From Octopus vulgaris (taxonomy: Eukaryota), in contig OX597817.1 in NCBI GenBank assembly GCA_951406725.2, forward strand, positions 46,872,001 through 46,936,000: DNA of 64,000 nt, written 5' to 3'. Below, piece after piece: positions 39,404-53,530 of this stretch. Position 1 is the stretch's first letter; every line of letters starts with the position of its first letter. The notes below the pieces were generated by a model. The model was not told the DNA's origin and did no database searches. It worked only from the letters and a program-made list of their open reading frames with translations. The translations under genes and the position numbers were made by a program.

Positions 39404-39909
39404 ACACATATATAAATATATTTTATTGTTGCGTCTGTGACTACTGCAGCTGTTGTCTAATGGCAATAACAATTACAAATATGGCGATGACAAATAACCT
39501 GAATGACATTGGTGTATTTCTCTGCGGTGAAACTGTTGTTGCTATTGCTGTTGTTGTTGTAGTTGCTGTTGCAGTTGTTCTGGTTGTTGTTGTTGTTGTT
39601 GTTTAACTGCAGGTCATTTCTTATCAACCAAACAATATTTTCGAAGACATTCCAGCCACGACCTTTCCGACTATTTTAGGAGGAATGCAGAGTCCTGTAT
39701 GACATTGTCTGGTGTGTATAACCCTTACGCGAGACAGTTCAGTGCGATTCGAAGGAATACTTGGCTACTGTTTACAGCAGGTGAAGGGACCAGGTGGAAG
39801 ATATCTCGGAGACTGTCGTTAATGGTCGATGGTGAGAGGGGTGAGATTGGACGATGCCACATTGTTGCAGTAGTCTTGCTGAAATGGTCTGGGTTGCACT
39901 AATGGTTAG

Positions 39910-40663
39910 AATGATGATGATGATGATGTCGGTGGTGGTCCTGGTGGTCCTGGTGGTGGTGGTGGTGGTGGTGGTGGCGGCGGTGGTGGCTGTGGTGGCA
40001 GTGGTGGCGTTAGTGGGAGGTGAGGTGAGGTTGGGATGAGGTGTGATGATGATGATGATGAGAGTGGTGGTGGTCCTGGTGGTGGTCCTGGTGGTGGTGG
40101 TCTTCTTGAAGGGATTCGTTGTGGTGAAAATAGTAGCATGTTGCTGCTCTGGTTGTAGTAAAGGTGGTAGTTGCTGTGTTAGCGGTTATGATGATAATGT
40201 CAACGATGACAACATGGAGGAGGAGGAGGAGGATGTTGAAATGATGGCTGTAGTGGTAGTGGTGATGATGATGATGATGACGATGATGATGATGGAAATG
40301 GTGATGATGGTGATGGTGATGATGGTGATGATAGTGATGGCGATGATAGTGATAGTAGTGCTGGTGGTGGTGGCGATGATGATGATGAAGGTGGTGATGA
40401 TGGTGATGGTGATGGTGATGGTGCTGGTGGTTGTAGTGATGGTGATGGAGGTGGTGATGGTGATGGTGGTTGTAGTGACGATGAAGGTAGTGGTGATGGT
40501 GATGGTAGCGGTGTTGGTGTTTATGATGATGATGATGTTTTTTTCCTTTCTTTTTTTTTATCAGTTCCCACACTTGTTATTGCCGTAATTATAATTAATG
40601 TTGCTGTTATTGATATTGTCGTTATTGTTGTTGCTGTCGATTTGTTTCTGTCTGAAGTAGTGT

Positions 40664-40713
<50 letters not shown>

Positions 40714-40909
40714 CACCATCACTATCACCATCATCACCACCGCCATCATCATCATCATCAACATCGCCTATTCTCTTTTGCCGTTGCTGCTACAATTGTA
40801 ACTTCTGTTTGATCTTGAAGACTGTTGCATTCATGATGACGACGACGACAACGATGACGATAGTGATGATGATGATGATGATTACGACGACGACGACGAT
40901 GTATATTAA

Positions 40910-40960
<51 letters not shown>

Positions 40961-41053
40961 CATTATTATTATTATTATATTACGTTATATTAGTTGTGTT
41001 TATTACTACGATCATTATGTTGATAACCACTTTAAAGATGATGATGATGATGG

Positions 41054-41128
<75 letters not shown>

Positions 41129-41150
41129 CGACGACGATGATGATGATATT
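39910..41150. repeat. compound (GGT)/(GAT)/(CAT)/(ATT) triplet repeats
   Basis: Degenerate triplet tracts. Confidence 0.93.
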
Positions 41151-41351
41151 TTCGGTAGAAACGGTGATGGTGATGGAGATGGGGACGGTATCTGTGATGT
41201 TGTTGGAGAAATTGCTGTTCATATATATATACATACATACATACATACATATATACATACATATATACACATATAAACACAAACGTATATATATATATAT
41301 ATATAGATAGATATAGATATAGATATAGATATAGATATATGCATATCTATA

Positions 41352-41394
<43 letters not shown>

Positions 41395-41639
41395 GTTGGT
41401 TTACTTTTTGATGCGGCAGACATTACTGTTGCGGACGCTGCCATCGCTGCTACTGCTGCTGCTGCTTCTTCTGATGGTTGTTGTTTCTAGCCTTGATGAT
41501 GGTGGTGATGCAGATGTACCTGTTGCAGATGCAAGGGCCTAACACATGAAATATGATTCAATTCTGCTTTTTACATCAGAGTGGGTTTTTTTCTTCTCAT
41601 TCTGCTCCCGCTTCTTTGTCAATCTTTCTCTTTCTTTCT

Positions 41640-41820
41640 TTCTTTCTTTCTCTCTCTCACTCTCTCTTTCTCTCTCTCTCTCTTTCTTTTTCACACTCTC
41701 CCTATCTCTTTCTTATTCTCTCATCCACCACCACAACCAGCACCACTCTTTTTCACCCTCTCTATTTCTTTCTCTCTCTATCTTCCTCCATCTTCCTCTA
41801 TCTCGTCTCTCTCTCTCTCT

Positions 41821-41851
<31 letters not shown>

Positions 41852-42220
41852 ATTCTGCCACTATCTTTTTCTCATTCTCTCATCCACCACCACCACCACT
41901 CTTTTTCACCCACTCTTTCTATCTTCCTCCATCTTCTTCTATCTCATCTCTCTCTCTCTCTCTCTCTCTCTCCCTCTTACCTTATCTCTTTCTCATTCTC
42001 TCATCCACCACCACCACCACTTTATTTCCCCCTCTCTATTCCTTTCTCTTTCTATCTTCCTCCTCTATCTCGTCTCTCTCTCTCTCTCTCTCTCTCTCTT
42101 CCCTCATCTCTTTCTCATTCTGCATCCACCTCCACCACCACCACCACACTTTTTCACGCTCTCTATTTCCTTCTCTCTTTATCTTCCCCTATCTCCCCCC
42201 CTCTCTCTCTCTCTCTCTTT
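41640..42220. repeat. pyrimidine-rich minisatellite, ~120-160 bp unit x4
   Basis: CTCATTCTCTCATCCACCACCACC..CTTTTTCACCC..CTATCTTCCTCC recurs at ~41700, 41860, 41983 and 42105. Confidence 0.85.
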
Positions 42221-42394
42221 TGACAAAACCGGCAAAAGATAAGAAGAAGCGGTTTGCGTGTATTCGATCAAAAGATATGAGGAATCAGCTTGCATGCGTT
42301 CAATGGAACATCTTAAAATACTTTTGCCTCACCTGGCTCTCCATTCTGCAGAATCTTAGATTTATTAACTTGCTCTTTTATATATCGTTTCCCC

Positions 42395-42432
<38 letters not shown>

Positions 42433-42766
42433 CATATTTATTATTTCTACGTGTGCGTGTGGGTATGCATATATAAGTGTGTGTGTGGGTGAATGTTTTC
42501 ATTCCTTGGAGAAAGGAACAGAGCCTCCTAGAAAATATTACAACTGTTATGTATCATCTTTTCGTTTCGCAGCTGCGCTCGTCAGTACAGGGACTTTATA
42601 TAACCGCCGTTGTTTCTGCAGGAGATATTTTTTCCTTTTTCTTTTTTCTTTTTTTCTTTTTTTCATATATTCCACGATAATGTCTGTGTGAAGTTGTTTG
42701 GGGTTCATAATGTTGTTCTTGTTTTCTTTATTATAAATTTTATTTCTTATTTATTCCGCATTGTTG

Positions 42767-42798
<32 letters not shown>

Positions 42799-43117
42799 GG
42801 TGTTGGTGACAGCAGAGGTGATGTGCTGTTTTGCTTATGTTGTTGCGGCTCTTCTTTATTGCTGTTGATGTTGTTGTTGTTGTTGTTATTGGTGATTGTG
42901 GAGGAGTAGTCAGTGTTGTTTGTGCACAAGTTGTTATTGATTGTTGTTGTAGTTGTTGTAGCTACTGGTGATGATGATGATGATGATGGTGTCGGTGATG
43001 GCTTTAGTTGCGGTGATGTTGTTGTCGCTGCTGCTGCTGCTGCTGCAGCTGTTGTTGCTACCGTTGTTGCTGCTGACGCCGTTATTGGTATCGCTGTTAT
43101 TGCTGCTGTCACTATTC

Positions 43118-43154
<37 letters not shown>

Positions 43155-43259
43155 AGTTGTTGTTGTATGAAGAGACGTCTACAAAGCAGAGGTTGGGTTA
43201 CACCCACCTGATTTACTCAAGGAAAAATAAAAATAGACGAAGATACGACGTGACAGTTT

Positions 43260-44240
43260 GTTAATAGTTTAGTCGGTGTTGTGTGGGTGGAGTTGGTGTT
43301 GTGAAGTGTTCTGTGTTGTTGTTTGTATCGTTGATGTAGTATGACATAGGCAGTTGTTTGTGTCGTTGGTGTAGTGTAGTGTTTGGGAGGAATGTAATAC
43401 CGCAGTGCCGTGAGATGGTGCCGGGTATTGTGCTGTGTTGTGGGTGTTGTGTGGTCTTTATATAGTGTTGTGTTGTTTGGTGTGGTGGGTGTAGTGAGAT
43501 GCTGTGGGAGCTTGGTGCGGTGTTGTGTTGTGTTGTGTTGTATGGTGCTGTGTGTTGTTGTGTGGTGTTGTGGTGTAGAGTGAAGTATTGTGAGCTGTTG
43601 TGGGGTTTTATGGGAAGTTGTGAAGTGGGTTGTGCCATTGTGAGATGTTGCCGGGTATTGTGCGGTGTTACGGTCTAGCGGAGTCTTTGTGTAGTGTTGT
43701 GTGGTGCTGTTTAGTGCTGTGGGATGTTGTGCAGTGGGGTATGGTGTTGTGTGGGGCTATGTGTTTTAGTGGGGTGTTGTGGTGTGGAGTGAGGTATTAT
43801 GAGATGTTGCGGGTGTTGCGGATTGTTGTGGGGTGTTGTGCAGGGAAGCGTAGTAGAGTGCTGAGTTGTGGGATGTATTATGGTATAGTCTTATGTGACA
43901 TGGCGTAGTGTATGTTTAGTGTAGTGTTGTAGGGTTGTTGTGTGTGTTGCGGGATATTGTGAGGCGCAGTGTGATATCGTGTGGTGTTGTGGAACATTGT
44001 GGATGTTGTGGAGCGTAATGTTATGTTGTAGGGTTGTTGTGATGGTGTTGTGGAGGTGCTGTGTGGGGATTTAGTGTGGTTTACCGATTGTGTAGTGTTT
44101 GTGGAATATGGTGGTGATGTAGTTAGATGTGATATAGTGTTGTGTAGTGTAGAGAGAAGATGTAGTGGGGTGTAGGCAAATAAATGTCTGTATGGTATAA
44201 CGTAGTACTTGCACCATGGAGGTAGAGTTAAGGGTAGTGT
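43260..44240. repeat. degenerate (GTGTT)n pentamer tract
   Basis: G/T-rich strand with 5-bp periodicity. Confidence 0.8.
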
Positions 44241-44454
44241 TTAAGTGGTCCGAGGCGAAGTAACTGTGGTCCTTCGTTTTACATAAACAAAAATAATATG
44301 GAGTGATTCAAAAGTGATTTTGGTTGATATATTTAGCAAGTCGATCGACCGCGTAGAGACTCCATCTTCGATTCGTGTGTTGTAGGTGTTGCAATATGGT
44401 GTCGTTTTGATATTGCTGTTGCTGTTGTTGCTGTCTATAATGTATTTATTTTGA

Positions 44455-44880
44455 CGGCGGCGGCGGCCGCGGTGGTGGTGGTGGTGGTGGTGGTGGTGGT
44501 GGTGGTGGTGGTGGTGGTGGTGGTGGTGGTGGTGGTGGTGGTGGTGGTGGTGGTGGTGGTGGTGGTGGTGGTGGTGGTGACGGCGGCGGCGGCAGCGGTG
44601 GTAGTGGTAGTGGTGGTGGTGGTGGTGGTGGTGGTGGTGGTGGTGGTGGTGGTGTGGTTGTGGTGGTGGTGGTAGTGGTGGTGGTGGTGGTGGTGGTGGT
44701 GGTGGTGGTGGTGGTGGTGGTGGTGGTGGTGGTGGTGGTGGTGGTGGTGGTGACGTCGTCGTCGGCGGCGGCGGCGGTGGTGGTGGTGGTAGTGGTGGTG
44801 GTGGTGATGGTTGCAGTGGTGGTGGTGGTGGTGGTGGTGGTGGTGGTGGTGGCGGCGGCGGCGGCGGCGGTGGTGAAGGC
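44455..44880. repeat. (GGT)n/(GGC)n
   Basis: Triplet tract; source of the poly-P/H/T/V ORFs. Confidence 0.96.
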
Positions 44881-45116
44881 TGGTGTTCTTTTAGAACGCA
44901 TGTATAGTCTTTTTTTTTTTGGTATGTCGTGCGTTTCCCATCCAGATCTTTTTTTTTTTTAGGTATGTTAGACCGGCTGTCTCGAGGTTTCGGGGTTGTA
45001 TGGGAGGTCATCAGGAAGAGAATGTTCCCTGAGGAGATCTCTGCCGACTACTCCCAGAATAGTGTTGTTTTCACTTCCAAGTATTAAATTGATGCATTTA
45101 TTTTTGCTGCTGTTGT

Positions 45117-45377
45117 TTAGCAAGTGCTGTGTCTAAGAGGGACTATACGATATTCGAAGGTTGTCAGAACTGATCTCAAGCCTCTACCGACTTCATCTCT
45201 TGTTAGTCTGAGCCTGTCAATATTACTATTTCTGTGAAGAATTCCAGTTGGTGGAAATATATTGCGGCTTTTAATCGCAATGGAGTGTATATCTTCTACA
45301 GATCGGTCAAATATCGCAAATATTGGAAGCAGCTCTAATAATGTGAATGTATTGTACGTTATATTGCTTTTGACCAA
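45117..45377 (-). mobile_element. R4/Dong-type RT fragment
   Basis: YNTF..LP.F.I.D.S.EDI..I.IKSR....TG.LHRNSNIDRL.L.R.E.GRGL.SV matches the R4/Dong thumb region. Confidence 0.75.
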
Positions 45378-45378
45378 T

Positions 45379-45457
<79 letters not shown>

Positions 45458-45629
45458 TAGTAGTGGTTTCCTGTAAAATGACAGACTTTTGTACCAGTTT
45501 CCAACTATTTGGTCCCTTACAGATGCTTTTCCATTACGCAGTTTGCCTACACCTATAGCGAAAGTTTCCGGTTCAATTACATGTTTTATTGTTAATGTTG
45601 GCACAGTATTCACTCCTGATATATATATA

Positions 45630-45835
45630 TAACGGGAAGCTTTATGAAAATAAACAAAAGACGAAGGCAGGTGGAATACAAACAAACAATTGTATTAGTA
45701 TGGCGCTCAGGAATATAAATAAAACAAGTCTTTTGCGTTTCGAGCCTACGCTCTTCAACAGAAAGATACACAGAAAAGAAACACAGAAAGAAACAAGGAG
45801 AGAAAAAAATGCGTGCAGAGGCTAGCGAATCAACA
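45630..45835 (-). mobile_element. short HHR-bearing PLE-like element (family H2)
   Basis: Minus CTTT-CTGTTGA-A-GAGC-GTAG-GCTC-GAAACGCA-AAAG at 45730-45765; homologous to 48953-49150 and 61190-61372; abuts (TA)n. Confidence 0.75.
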
Positions 45836-45969
45836 TATATATGTATATATAAATTGATAGAAATGGTAAGACAACAAAAGAATGAAAAAGACCTCGATAT
45901 TATGTAAATAGAGGAATTTATCTGTAAATATATGTGTCAATTATTGTCACGTATTACATTTACAGATAC

Positions 45970-46039
<70 letters not shown>

Positions 46040-46074
46040 ATGTGTGTATGTATGTATTTATATGTATATATATG

Positions 46075-46310
46075 GAAAAAGTCAAGGTAGAAAATACTAA
46101 AATTATTTTATAAAAAACATTTCAGTACCGGTTTCGGTCATACAGACTTTTTCAACTATAAGTATGGCAAACAATAAAATTGTGGAGGAATAAATAAAAA
46201 AGTATTTTAAAAGAATATTTGCATAGTATTCAAATACAAGGCACATTTCCCTTACTTCTACCTGTCTCTGTCTCTCTTGTTTACTCTTGTAGGTTCGAGG
46301 TCCTTGTGTA
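46075..46310 (-). mobile_element. PLE-like fragment with degenerate HHR
   Basis: Minus AG-TTGAAAA-AGTC-TGTAT-GACC-GAAAC-CG-GTA-CT at 46122-46160; sits between microsatellites. Confidence 0.45.
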
Positions 46311-46434
46311 TATATATATGTGTGTGTGTGTGTGTGTATGTGTGTGTGTGTATACATATACATATATATACACACATATATATATGCACACACACATATA
46401 TATATATATATACACATACGCATATATATGTGTA

Positions 46435-46482
<48 letters not shown>

Positions 46483-46767
46483 TAAGGGTACTAGACAGCA
46501 CAAATTTGACTAGAGACAGGATTCAAAACCGACTCAATTAGTCAGTTGAATTTGACTCCTATTTCTAGCAAAACTGGTGCCCCCTAATACCCTTATTTAT
46601 ATAATTGCCTCTTTTCTTTTGTTTTTGCTAACTAATCACCTCTATTATTATTATTATTATTTATTAATAACAATATCATCATCATTTATATATGCATATA
46701 CATATATATATATATATATATTTATTTACAGGTGTGTGTAAATACTTACATACATATATGTATATAC

Positions 46768-46815
<48 letters not shown>

Positions 46816-47283
46816 TATATGTGTTTATGAGTGTATGTGCATATGTAGATATTTATAATGCAAAATATTCTGCAATATAAACGAAATGACTACTAAAAAT
46901 ATATCGAATACATTTTATATTTTTATCTGCTTTATATTTTCCTATATTTTAATACAAGAACATGTCGTCGTTATGTCTATATCATATTATATGATATTTT
47001 ATTGTATTATATCATGGTATACTATATTATCGCATTATATTATATTATATTATATTATATTTCACATTTCGGCTCTGAATTCTGTGTAATTTGATATTAT
47101 ATTAATTTTATTGAACAGTCAGTTAGAGTTTGCATGAAAATATTTGTGCTTTGCCCAGAATAAAACTATTAATCACAATTATGCATTGAGCATAGTAATA
47201 CCCACAATTATATATATATATGTATGTGTGTGTGTATGTATGTATGTAAGTACGCATGTACGTATGTATATTTGTGTGCATGC

Positions 47284-47362
<79 letters not shown>

Positions 47363-47435
47363 TGTATATCCATATATACATATATACATATTAACAGATT
47401 GATATACATGTATAAATATATAAGTGTATACATAA

Positions 47436-47799
47436 CTAGCAGTATCGCCCGGCGTTGCTCAGGTTTGTAAGGGAAATAACTATAAAGCATTTTTAGAGAG
47501 TTATAGCCAAAAAATGGAAAAAAATGATGGTAAATTTTTTTGAGAGTAAAAAAAGGTGGAGTTGCGTCCCCTAGACGGTTTATGTTTCTGATTCTCGACC
47601 CCATGTCGAATTTATCGATTTTTTTCAGAATTGGGGAACTTTTCAAAATTTTCGCTGCGTTAGTTTTGAATTATGACATTGGGCTATGTGTGTGTCAAGT
47701 TTCATCAGAATCGGTTGATAGCCGTGGTCAGGGTGAGGGTACAAGCAAACAGACACACAGAAACACGCACAGACAAACTGCCGTTTATATAGAGAGAGA
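47436..47799 (-). mobile_element. non-autonomous Helitron-like element
   Basis: Minus strand begins A|TC and ends CTAG|T with sub-terminal hairpin (CCCGGCGTTGCTCAGG on +); CAAGTTTCATCAGAATCGG and ACAGACA repeats as in Lep1/DINE-type elements. Confidence 0.75.
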
Positions 47800-48028
47800 T
47801 ATATAGGATATAATACATCAATATAAATATATATATATATGTATATCTATATATGTGTATACATATATGTGTATATATATATATGTATATATATGCATAT
47901 ATGTGTGTATACATATATATGTGTGTGTGTATGTGTATATGTATATGTATATATATAATTATATATACATAGATATATGTATAAATATCTATCTGCAAAT
48001 AGTTATACATATATATGTGTATGTATTG

Positions 48029-48151
<123 letters not shown>

Positions 48152-48908
48152 CGTAGGTGGTAACAGCGATTCTTAGCTCGTGAAGTAATTAATTTGTGTT
48201 CGCTTGTTAATTAGCTGATTACTTTAGCGTCTGAACAATCTGACTTGTTATCTAGTTAAGCAATTACAGTTATTGTTATACTCAGTCAATTACTTCATGC
48301 CAACCTGTTAATTGGTTAAAATATTTTACAGACATTCTAGTCACTCTCATTAGTAATTTGATTTGCGGTTATACTTGGTTTAATTAAATAATGTCACACT
48401 GTTAATTAGTTCAAAATAATAACATAGTAACACTACCAGGTTGTTTATTGCCTTATTATAAACTTGTTTTGAGGTTAATTAATTCGTGTCATTCGGTTAA
48501 AACGACTTCGTCATTTCCCAGACCGCATCAATTGTTCAAATAATGAGTAATTCTACATATTTTTTAATTAGTATTTTTTTATATAGATACTTAAATTTTT
48601 TACGCCGAGAAAAAGTAGAAAAGACAACTGTTCTAAAGAAAGCATGTACACAGTTTGCTTTCAATAATTAGAATATATTTTTTCAAAAGAAACGGGATGC
48701 TAAAAGAGAAATTCGTACAATTTCGTCATTACGTCAGCAATGAGTTCCCTTTCGAAAAGTAAAGATTGCTGATATATCCCTGTAGTTGGTATATGATGTT
48801 GAAGTCAAACCGGTGCAAAACATGCGTACGGCGAAGCAATGAACATGCACGCATGCACACACTGGCATACACACACACAGATATGCATGTATATGTGTAT
48901 GTGCGTGC

Positions 48909-48952
<44 letters not shown>

Positions 48953-48955
<3 letters not shown>

Positions 48956-49150
48956 AGGGTAGAGTTCACGAAAAAAACAAAAGACGAAGACAGGTGGTGT
49001 AGAAAACAAACATATGTATTAGTATAACGCTCAGGAATTGAAAAGGGCTTTTACGTTTCGAGCCTACGCTCTTCTACAGAAAGGAACTCAGAAAAAAACA
49101 AGGACAGAAAAAAATGTGTGTAGTGGCTACCGATCTATCACGGCGACATA
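48953..49150 (-). mobile_element. short HHR-bearing PLE-like element (family H2)
   Basis: Minus CTTT-CTGTAGA-A-GAGC-GTAG-GCTC-GAAACGTA-AAAG at 49048-49083; between (GT)n and (TA)n. Confidence 0.78.
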
Positions 49151-49161
49151 TATATATATAC

Positions 49162-49233
<72 letters not shown>

Positions 49234-49548
49234 CGTGTGCGTGCGTGTGCGTGCGTGTGTAGGTGTGTGATGTAGTGGTAAGTTACAGGGACTTAAACAA
49301 ACCAAAACCGGATTTAAAACGGTGGGGGAAGAATAAAGAAATGCACATACACACACACTCATATAGATACACATATAAATTTCATACATACACACGCACG
49401 TACGCACACACAAATACACACACACACACACCGTTCTGAGATTTAATAATGCCTATATTATATTATATTAGAGGAAAAATCAAAACCAAGGCAGGACGAG
49501 TATCCCAACTTATTTAGAATAATTTAATTCGGGTAAGGTGAATTTGAA

Positions 49549-49624
49549 GTCTTACAGGTGTTTCTGAGATAACCCAAGTGGTTGGTTAGCATGTCCGTGT
49601 GCTGGCTATTCCGTCATCAGAGAC
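49549..49624 (-). ncRNA. hammerhead ribozyme motif
   Basis: GTCT-CTGATGA-C-GGAATAGCC...GGTTATCTCA-GAAAC-ACCT-GTA-AGAC; stem I GTCT/AGAC. Confidence 0.7.
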
Positions 49625-49806
49625 AAGGAATAAAAATTTTAGACAGGGAAAATTTACATACATATGTAAGCAGATGATACACAAAGAGGGATTCACAACT
49701 CGTCGGACATCCTAGTGTTTCTGCTATAAGAAGTGTAGGTTTAGTTAGAAAAGTATATATGTATATATGTATACACATATATATATGTATACCTATACAT
49801 ATATAC

Positions 49807-49885
<79 letters not shown>

Positions 49886-49955
49886 CAAGATAAAAACATG
49901 ATACAAAGGATTTAGCGGTACATATGTTTCGGACTTTATAATTAATAAAGGCCCG

Positions 49956-49999
<44 letters not shown>

Positions 50000-50002
50000 A
50001 TA

Positions 50003-50341
50003 GAGTGAAGGCGCATGGCTCAGTGGTTAGGGCGTTGAGCTTACGATCGTGAGGTTGCGAGCTCGAATCCCGGACCGGGCTTTGTGTTGTGTTCTTGAGC
50101 AAGACACTTTATTTCACGTTGCTCCAGTTAACTCAGCTGTAGAAATGAGTTGCGACGTCACAGGTACCAAGCTGTATCGGCCCCTTTGCGTACCCTTCGG
50201 TAACACTGGTGGCGTGGAGAGGGGAGGCCGGCATGAATGGGCGACTGCTGGTCTTCCATAAACAATCTTGCCCAGACTTGTGCCTGAGAGGGTAACTTTC
50301 TAGGTGCAAACCCACGGTCAGTCATGAACGAAGGGGGTCCC
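50003..50341 (+). mobile_element. SINE family D (tRNA head + CORE-like domain)
   Basis: TGGCTCAGTGG A box, GCTCGAATCC B box, GTGTTCTTGAGCAAGACACTT CORE-like motif; candidate TSD ATATATTATAGATA (49989-50002, 50342-50355). Confidence 0.87.
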
Positions 50342-50606
50342 ATATATTATAGATATATATTTATTTATTCATTCATTTATTTATTTGAGAAAGAATGAAT
50401 GAATGAGAGAAAGAGATAGGATATAGATAGATAGATAGGTAGATAGATTGATAGGTAGATAGATAGGTAGGTAGGTAGGTAGATAGATAGATAGGGAGAG
50501 AGAGATAGGGAGGTAAATAGATAGATAGATAGATAGATAGATAGATTGATAAAGATACATGTGCATACATATATACACGTGTTTAAATATGCATGTGTGT
50601 GTGTTC

Positions 50607-50676
<70 letters not shown>

Positions 50677-50682
<6 letters not shown>

Positions 50683-50948
50683 AATATAAGAGAGTGGTCA
50701 CTATATTGATCTAGCACCAGTTATCCAAAAGGTTTCAACCACGAAAATACATGTTTCATGAAAGAGTGACTGTTACTCACACGGACCGGGCAAATAAAAA
50801 ATAACAAAAATCTGTATTTTTGTTATTTTTTATTTGCCCGGTAGCTAAGTCGTACGCTATGGGAAACATGTATTTTTCGTGGTTGAAACCTTTGGATTAA
50901 CTGGTGCTATAGTGATCAATATAGTGACCACTCTCTTATATTTATTTT
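50677..50948. repeat. ~270-bp nested palindrome (inverted PLE-like ends)
   Basis: Outer ~80-bp arms and inner 27-bp perfect arms (50785-50842); GAAAC-AT-GTA HHR 3' half in the arms. Confidence 0.88.
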
Positions 50949-51069
50949 GTGAAAATATTATAATATGTTATAAAATATTATTATAATCCAGGTTTCTCGT
51001 AGCACTAGGCCACTTGGTGTGGAATAAATATACTATTAAATTAGTATCTAATTCTCTCACCCTTATTAA

Positions 51070-51117
<48 letters not shown>

Positions 51118-51884
51118 GATGTTATAAAGAAATATCTATTTCTAGGAAATAATTTCATTCCTACAGTTACCTTAATTTCCGCTCAGCCCTAACTGCCATT
51201 CCCTCAAGCTACCAGTATTTCTACAAATGCCAGGGACAGCGGGGCAGCGAATTGTTAACCAAAACCGAAGAATAATGACATCTTATCCAACTAAGCTGAA
51301 TTAATCAGCTTCACACTAGTAAGTCATAAGACACTCACATCAAACTGGATTTCCTAGGAAGCTTTTATATATTGTAAAAGACGTTTACACGATAGGAAAT
51401 TCGAATTACTTTTGTGTTTCCTCAAACATAACTTAAGGCGAATTCTCGGTCGTACTGTATCCGGACAGGGGTCAGAAACCTTTTATAGGCAATCGGAAAT
51501 ATTTGAATCGCTATATTAGATAAGCTGGATAAAAACTTTAGATATTGGCATTCGTTGCCAAAATTTCTGATTTGTCTTTGCCAATGGAAATCAAAAGATC
51601 GTATATACGTCTATATGTATGTAGGTGTACATATGTGTATTTATGTATATCTGTATGTGTGTGTGTGTGTCTGTGTGTGTGTATGCAATGCTGGACACAA
51701 ATCTACTCGTACAAACATGGCAACACGTGTGTACATGTGTATGTTTTTGTATGTGTGTGTGTGTACGTCTGTACACCTATGTATATATGTGTTTGTGTAT
51801 ATGGGTGTATGTATGTATGTATATATACGTGTGTATGTGTGTGTCTACATATATTATGCGTTTATATATATGTATATATATATG

Positions 51885-51935
<51 letters not shown>

Positions 51936-51996
51936 GTGCATAACATAACTAAGTATACACATACATACATATGTATAGTTACACATAACATGTATG

Positions 51997-52027
<31 letters not shown>

Positions 52028-52610
52028 ATATATAAATGTGCACATGCACATACACAAATGTGTGTGTGTATATATGCATACATAGATAAATATTTTTGTA
52101 TATGTTGATATATGTTTGTATATATAATGAATGCATGTGTGTAAGTATATATGTGTATGCGTGTATGAATACATATGTGTGTGTGAGTATGTGTATGTAT
52201 GTATGCATAGGCATGCATACGTTTATGCATGTGTGTGTTCATACGTACGTAGATAAATACATTTGTACCTGATGTAATTAAGAAATACTTCATCAGGATT
52301 CGGAAGGAATGTAAATCAGGTGCCATCCGCATTCAATAAGCCAAAACCCTTACAATGTTGTTTTTATCGTTATCGGCTGTGAATACGCATCGTTTAAATG
52401 AAGGAGTTGTTCTCTGATGACGGAAAAGCCACAGCGTCTATAAAATCGCGCTCGAATCTGCTTGAACATATCAAGAATAAATAGATTCATAAGGATGAGA
52501 TTCTCGTTGTTCTGTGTACATTTCATTAATTATTCTCTAAAAATCTTTTGTTTTCGATGAAAGAACAAGCAATTTCATCTCTCATCTTCTAATCCACCTG
52601 CTTAGCTATA

Positions 52611-53014
52611 TCTCTTTACCCTTTTACTTGTTTCAGTCATTTGACTGCGGCCATGCTTGAGCACCGCCTTTAGTCGAGCAAATCTACCTAAGGACTTATT
52701 CTTTGTAAGCCTAGTAATTATTCTATCGGTCTCTTATGCTGAACCGCTAAGTTACGAGGATGTAAACACACCAGCACCGGTTGTCAAGCGATGTTGTGGG
52801 ACAAACATAGACACACAAATACCCACACACACATTTATACATATACATATATACGACGGGCTTCTTTCAGTTTCCGTCTACCAAACCACTCACAAGGTTT
52901 TGGTCGGCCCGAGGCTATAGTAGATGTCACTTGCTCAAGGTGCCACGCAGTGTGACTGAACCTGGAGTCATGTGGTTGGTAAGCAAACTACTTACCACAC
53001 AGGGACTCCTGCGC
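52611..53014 (-). mobile_element. SINE family A
   Basis: Full-length match. Confidence 0.9.
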
Positions 53015-53312
53015 AAGATTTGTAACACATTCGAAAATGTCTCCATGCTGGGGCACCACCGTTACTTTTGCTAAACTTTCATAACTCGAAAACGCCCTCT
53101 GATATGTGGCATTTGCTGAACGAGGGAGTTTGACGTTGCTGCCCTTGTTTGCGCTTCTGACCCTGAAGTAGATTCATGTGGAACGCATGACAGGATGAGA
53201 TGCAGTTTTGTTTTGAAGACACCTACATTCACCCCATGTAAGTATTTCAGGCTTTTGAGGAGGATACTGAAAAAAATGTGGACCTTTGAAACTGAACATG
53301 TTGAATAAACCT

Positions 53313-53530
53313 ATATCTTTACTACCCACAGAGAAGACAAACAAGGACAGACAAAGGGATTAAGTCGATTACATCGAGCCCAGTGCGTAACTGGTACTTA
53401 ATTTATCAACCCCGAAAGGATGAAAGGCAAAGCCGACCTCGGCGGAATTTGAGCTCAGAACGTAGAAGCAGACGAAATACCGCTAAGCATTTCGCCCGGC
53501 GTGCTAACGTTTCTGCCAGTTCGCCGCCTA
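53313..53530 (-). mobile_element. SINE family B
   Basis: Head, core and tail I. Confidence 0.88.

Noticed and set aside
39600-39790. Possible further old SINE remnant (TTGGCT.CT.TTT..AGCAGG, also ~34160-34190)
   Set aside because: Too diverged to delimit or classify by eye.
41515-42630. Short unique islands as exons or a promoter (TTATATAA at ~42596)
   Set aside because: No coherent frame, splice pair or recognisable protein; a TATA-like match is expected by chance in AT-rich DNA.
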